Positions 62,205 to 64,000 of a DNA stretch of 64,000 nt are shown in pieces. Position numbers and translations under genes: made by a program. The notes beneath the pieces were generated by a model, which searched no databases, was not told where the DNA came from, and saw only the letters and a program-made list of their open reading frames with translations. How positions within the stretch are numbered: the stretch's first letter is position 1; each line of letters starts with the position of its first letter. The DNA comes from Roseibacillus sp. GTDB taxonomy: Bacteria > Verrucomicrobiota > Verrucomicrobiia > Verrucomicrobiales > Akkermansiaceae. The stretch is from positions 256,001 to 320,000 of the forward strand of contig JBPOGI010000004.1 of NCBI GenBank assembly GCA_051251855.1. Reading direction: 5' to 3'.

Positions 62205-62940
62205 ATCACGGCTTGGAAAAAGAGACTTTCTCTTGGGCTAAACGACTTTCGGGAAACGACTCTCTCTTGGGATCGGGGATTTCCAGCGGACTCAGGAGTA
62301 TCAAGTAGTTTGCAATTTCACCTGATACGTTCGACAAATCTCGATCATTGGCAGGAGGAAACGAGCTTCACCGTTCCAGAGTCCACCGGTGAGGCCACCA
62401 TGAGTCATGGTGGCGATCTCGGGGGGGGAGCATTCTTCCAACTGCAACAGCAAACGTACTACGCCCACAGAACGAGCAAGAGCGCTCCTCCCACAACTTA
62501 CAATTGGCAATTTGAAAGCACCTTGGCTGCTCGGGCAAAGTTAAGCTTCGAAGAATTTAGGGCCAAAGCGAATGCGAAGAAAGGTCTCGACCAAATCAGC
62601 TGGGATCCCAAAACCGCTAACTTTTGGACCGAGTTCAACACTCCCCCCTCTAATCCTCCTGCCAATGCAGCCGATCCACGAATGTGGGATTTTAGCCTCA
62701 ACGCAGCCGAAACGACTCTCTATGAGAAGAATGACTTTATCGTCACCTTCCGCTTGGCCGAGCCCACCGCAGTCGATCTCTATTACAAACTTTGGACAGA
62801 TAATCTGCCAGTTTTCATCACTGCCGATTCGGTTTTCGACGGCTGGCATCAGAGCTTTTCGTATTTTCTCGAAGAGTTGGAAAAGCTCTACCTCTATCCG
62901 AAGTTGCGCTCACTTCTGGCTCACAACCCTTCATCATCAG
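62205..62940 (+). pseudogene. Truncated DUF3160-like gene remnant
   Basis: DFSLNAAE....EKN.F.V, LPVFITADSVFDGWH.SF...L.ELE resembles the DUF3160 N-terminus. No signal peptide or good start. The frame then runs antisense into the neighbouring gene. Confidence 0.6.
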
Positions 62941-63013
62941 GGCCTAGCGGGTTTTCTCAGATTTTTTCCCCGCCAACCGCAGTCACAAACGGAGGCCTCG
63001 TTTCTAGAATTAG

Positions 63014-64000
63014 TTATGGGCCAGTAGTGCGCTCGACCTTAAAGAATCTCTTCCCGGGACTCGAGGCAGGATCTAACACGAGGTGGTTCCGACTATCGTT
63101 TTCGGCCCGCTCGGTTGTTCCAACCGGCGCGAACACCGGAAGGCTTACCGACTCATACAAGGTGTAGAACAGGCCGCGATTCTGAAACCAGGAAACCTCC
63201 ACTGAACCATCTTCCATCTCCACAATCTCAATCGGAATTTCCTCCGTCGTCACCGAGCCATCGAAATATTTTTGAGCCAACTCCCAAGACGCAATCCCAC
63301 AGGCCGATCCCATCATCCGACCAGGCCCATCATCAGGCGCAACATGAATTCCTCCATAGATTCGCGAGAGCCCCGCTTGGTCCGCCGCGTCGTAGTAAGT
63401 AGCCCATTGCAACGTCACATCAGCCGAAGGGCCCAGCTCAAAATCAAGGGTGTCTTGAGGATAGGTATAACTCCCCATTCCTCCCGGAAAATAGGCGCTC
63501 CCCGTCATCAGACTCAAGACTTCCGCACCTGCTCGGCTGAAAGCACTGTGGCCCGAGACGTAACCAGCAAAGGCCGGTGTCACGAAGGTGTCGCGCTGAT
63601 ATGGCAACCAGTCCTGCGCCAAAATCCATTCCGCCCCACTATACTCGGTGGCGGGATCATTCGGCTCTCCTGGCCAACAATAAATCGCAGTCTTTCCGAC
63701 ATGACCTGAGAGGTGCTCGTGCTTTTCTCCGGAGGCAGTGGAGGAAACCGTAATTGCCTCCACCAATCCCGGCTCATAGGGCAGAAGATTATTTTGCCCC
63801 AAATACCGAATGCTCGATATCGGCCGCACATAATCATACTGCCGCTTACAGCCCCATACCGCAATTGCCGCATCATGCATTGCCCCGTTGAGCGCGAAAT
63901 ACATTTTCACATCCCACTCCAAAGGATCTAACAAAGGACCGACTCCCCCAACGCGAGGCTCAAAGTCAGGATGTTCAACCACCTCGTTAGCGAGCCCATT
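63014..64000 (-). CDS. Vanadium-dependent haloperoxidase / PAP2-superfamily protein, 5' end beyond the window
   Basis: HDAAIAVWGCKRQYDYVRP, TPAFAGYVSGHSAFS, SRIYGGIH, and a C-terminal SW...Y....S..L...RFFKVE module. Confidence 0.9.
   Translation of the reverse strand, partial: NGLANEVVEHPDFEPRVGGVGPLLDPLEWDVKMYFALNGAMHDAAIAVWGCKRQYDYVRPISSIRYLGQNNLLPYEPGLVEAITVSSTASGEKHEHLSGHVGKTAIYCWPGEPNDPATEYSGAEWILAQDWLPYQRDTFVTPAFAGYVSGHSAFSRAGAEVLSLMTGSAYFPGGMGSYTYPQDTLDFELGPSADVTLQWATYYDAADQAGLSRIYGGIHVAPDDGPGRMMGSACGIASWELAQKYFDGSVTTEEIPIEIVEMEDGSVEVSWFQNRGLFYTLYESVSLPVFAPVGTTERAENDSRNHLVLDPASSPGKRFFKVERTTGP

Noticed and set aside
62195..62271. Short hairpin and direct repeats (gact.tctcttggg) upstream of pyrH
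   Set aside because: Short and imperfect, and partly within the remnant reading frame, so no function can be supported.
1..64000. CRISPR array, tRNA/rRNA genes, transposase, integrase or prophage genes
   Set aside because: No regularly spaced repeats, cloverleaf with T-loop consensus, or mobile-element protein motifs were seen.

Overview
64 kb bacterial chromosomal window. Gene content points to Verrucomicrobiota, probably a marine polysaccharide degrader; this taxonomy is inferred from the ECF-sigma/Ser-Thr kinase pair, prepilin-like paralogues, LTD-CotH protein, DGDG..E...G.DP modules and REP-like palindromes. It mixes housekeeping genes (purF, purM, glpK, pyrH, frr, Dus, SNF2 helicase, PspA) with accessory loci. 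These are an ECF/kinase/giant beta-helix locus, a membrane-AraC/MipA/S41 module, a glycoside hydrolase cluster with its own two-component system, three tandem pilin-like paralogues, a nucleotidyltransferase pair and gene remnants. The best hidden signals are four. (1) A lipoprotein peroxiredoxin split in the ORF track by an in-frame TGA exactly at the peroxidatic Cys, followed by a SECIS-like hairpin, so probably a selenoprotein (47631-48158). (2) An identical 15-bp operator/-35 motif upstream of two convergent glycoside hydrolase genes next to a NarL-type two-component system. (3) A pilin trio with a hypervariable loop and one copy lacking Glu+5. (4) Several structured non-coding elements. 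No rRNA, tRNA, CRISPR array or intact transposase was seen. All family assignments are from recognised motifs, not from database searches.
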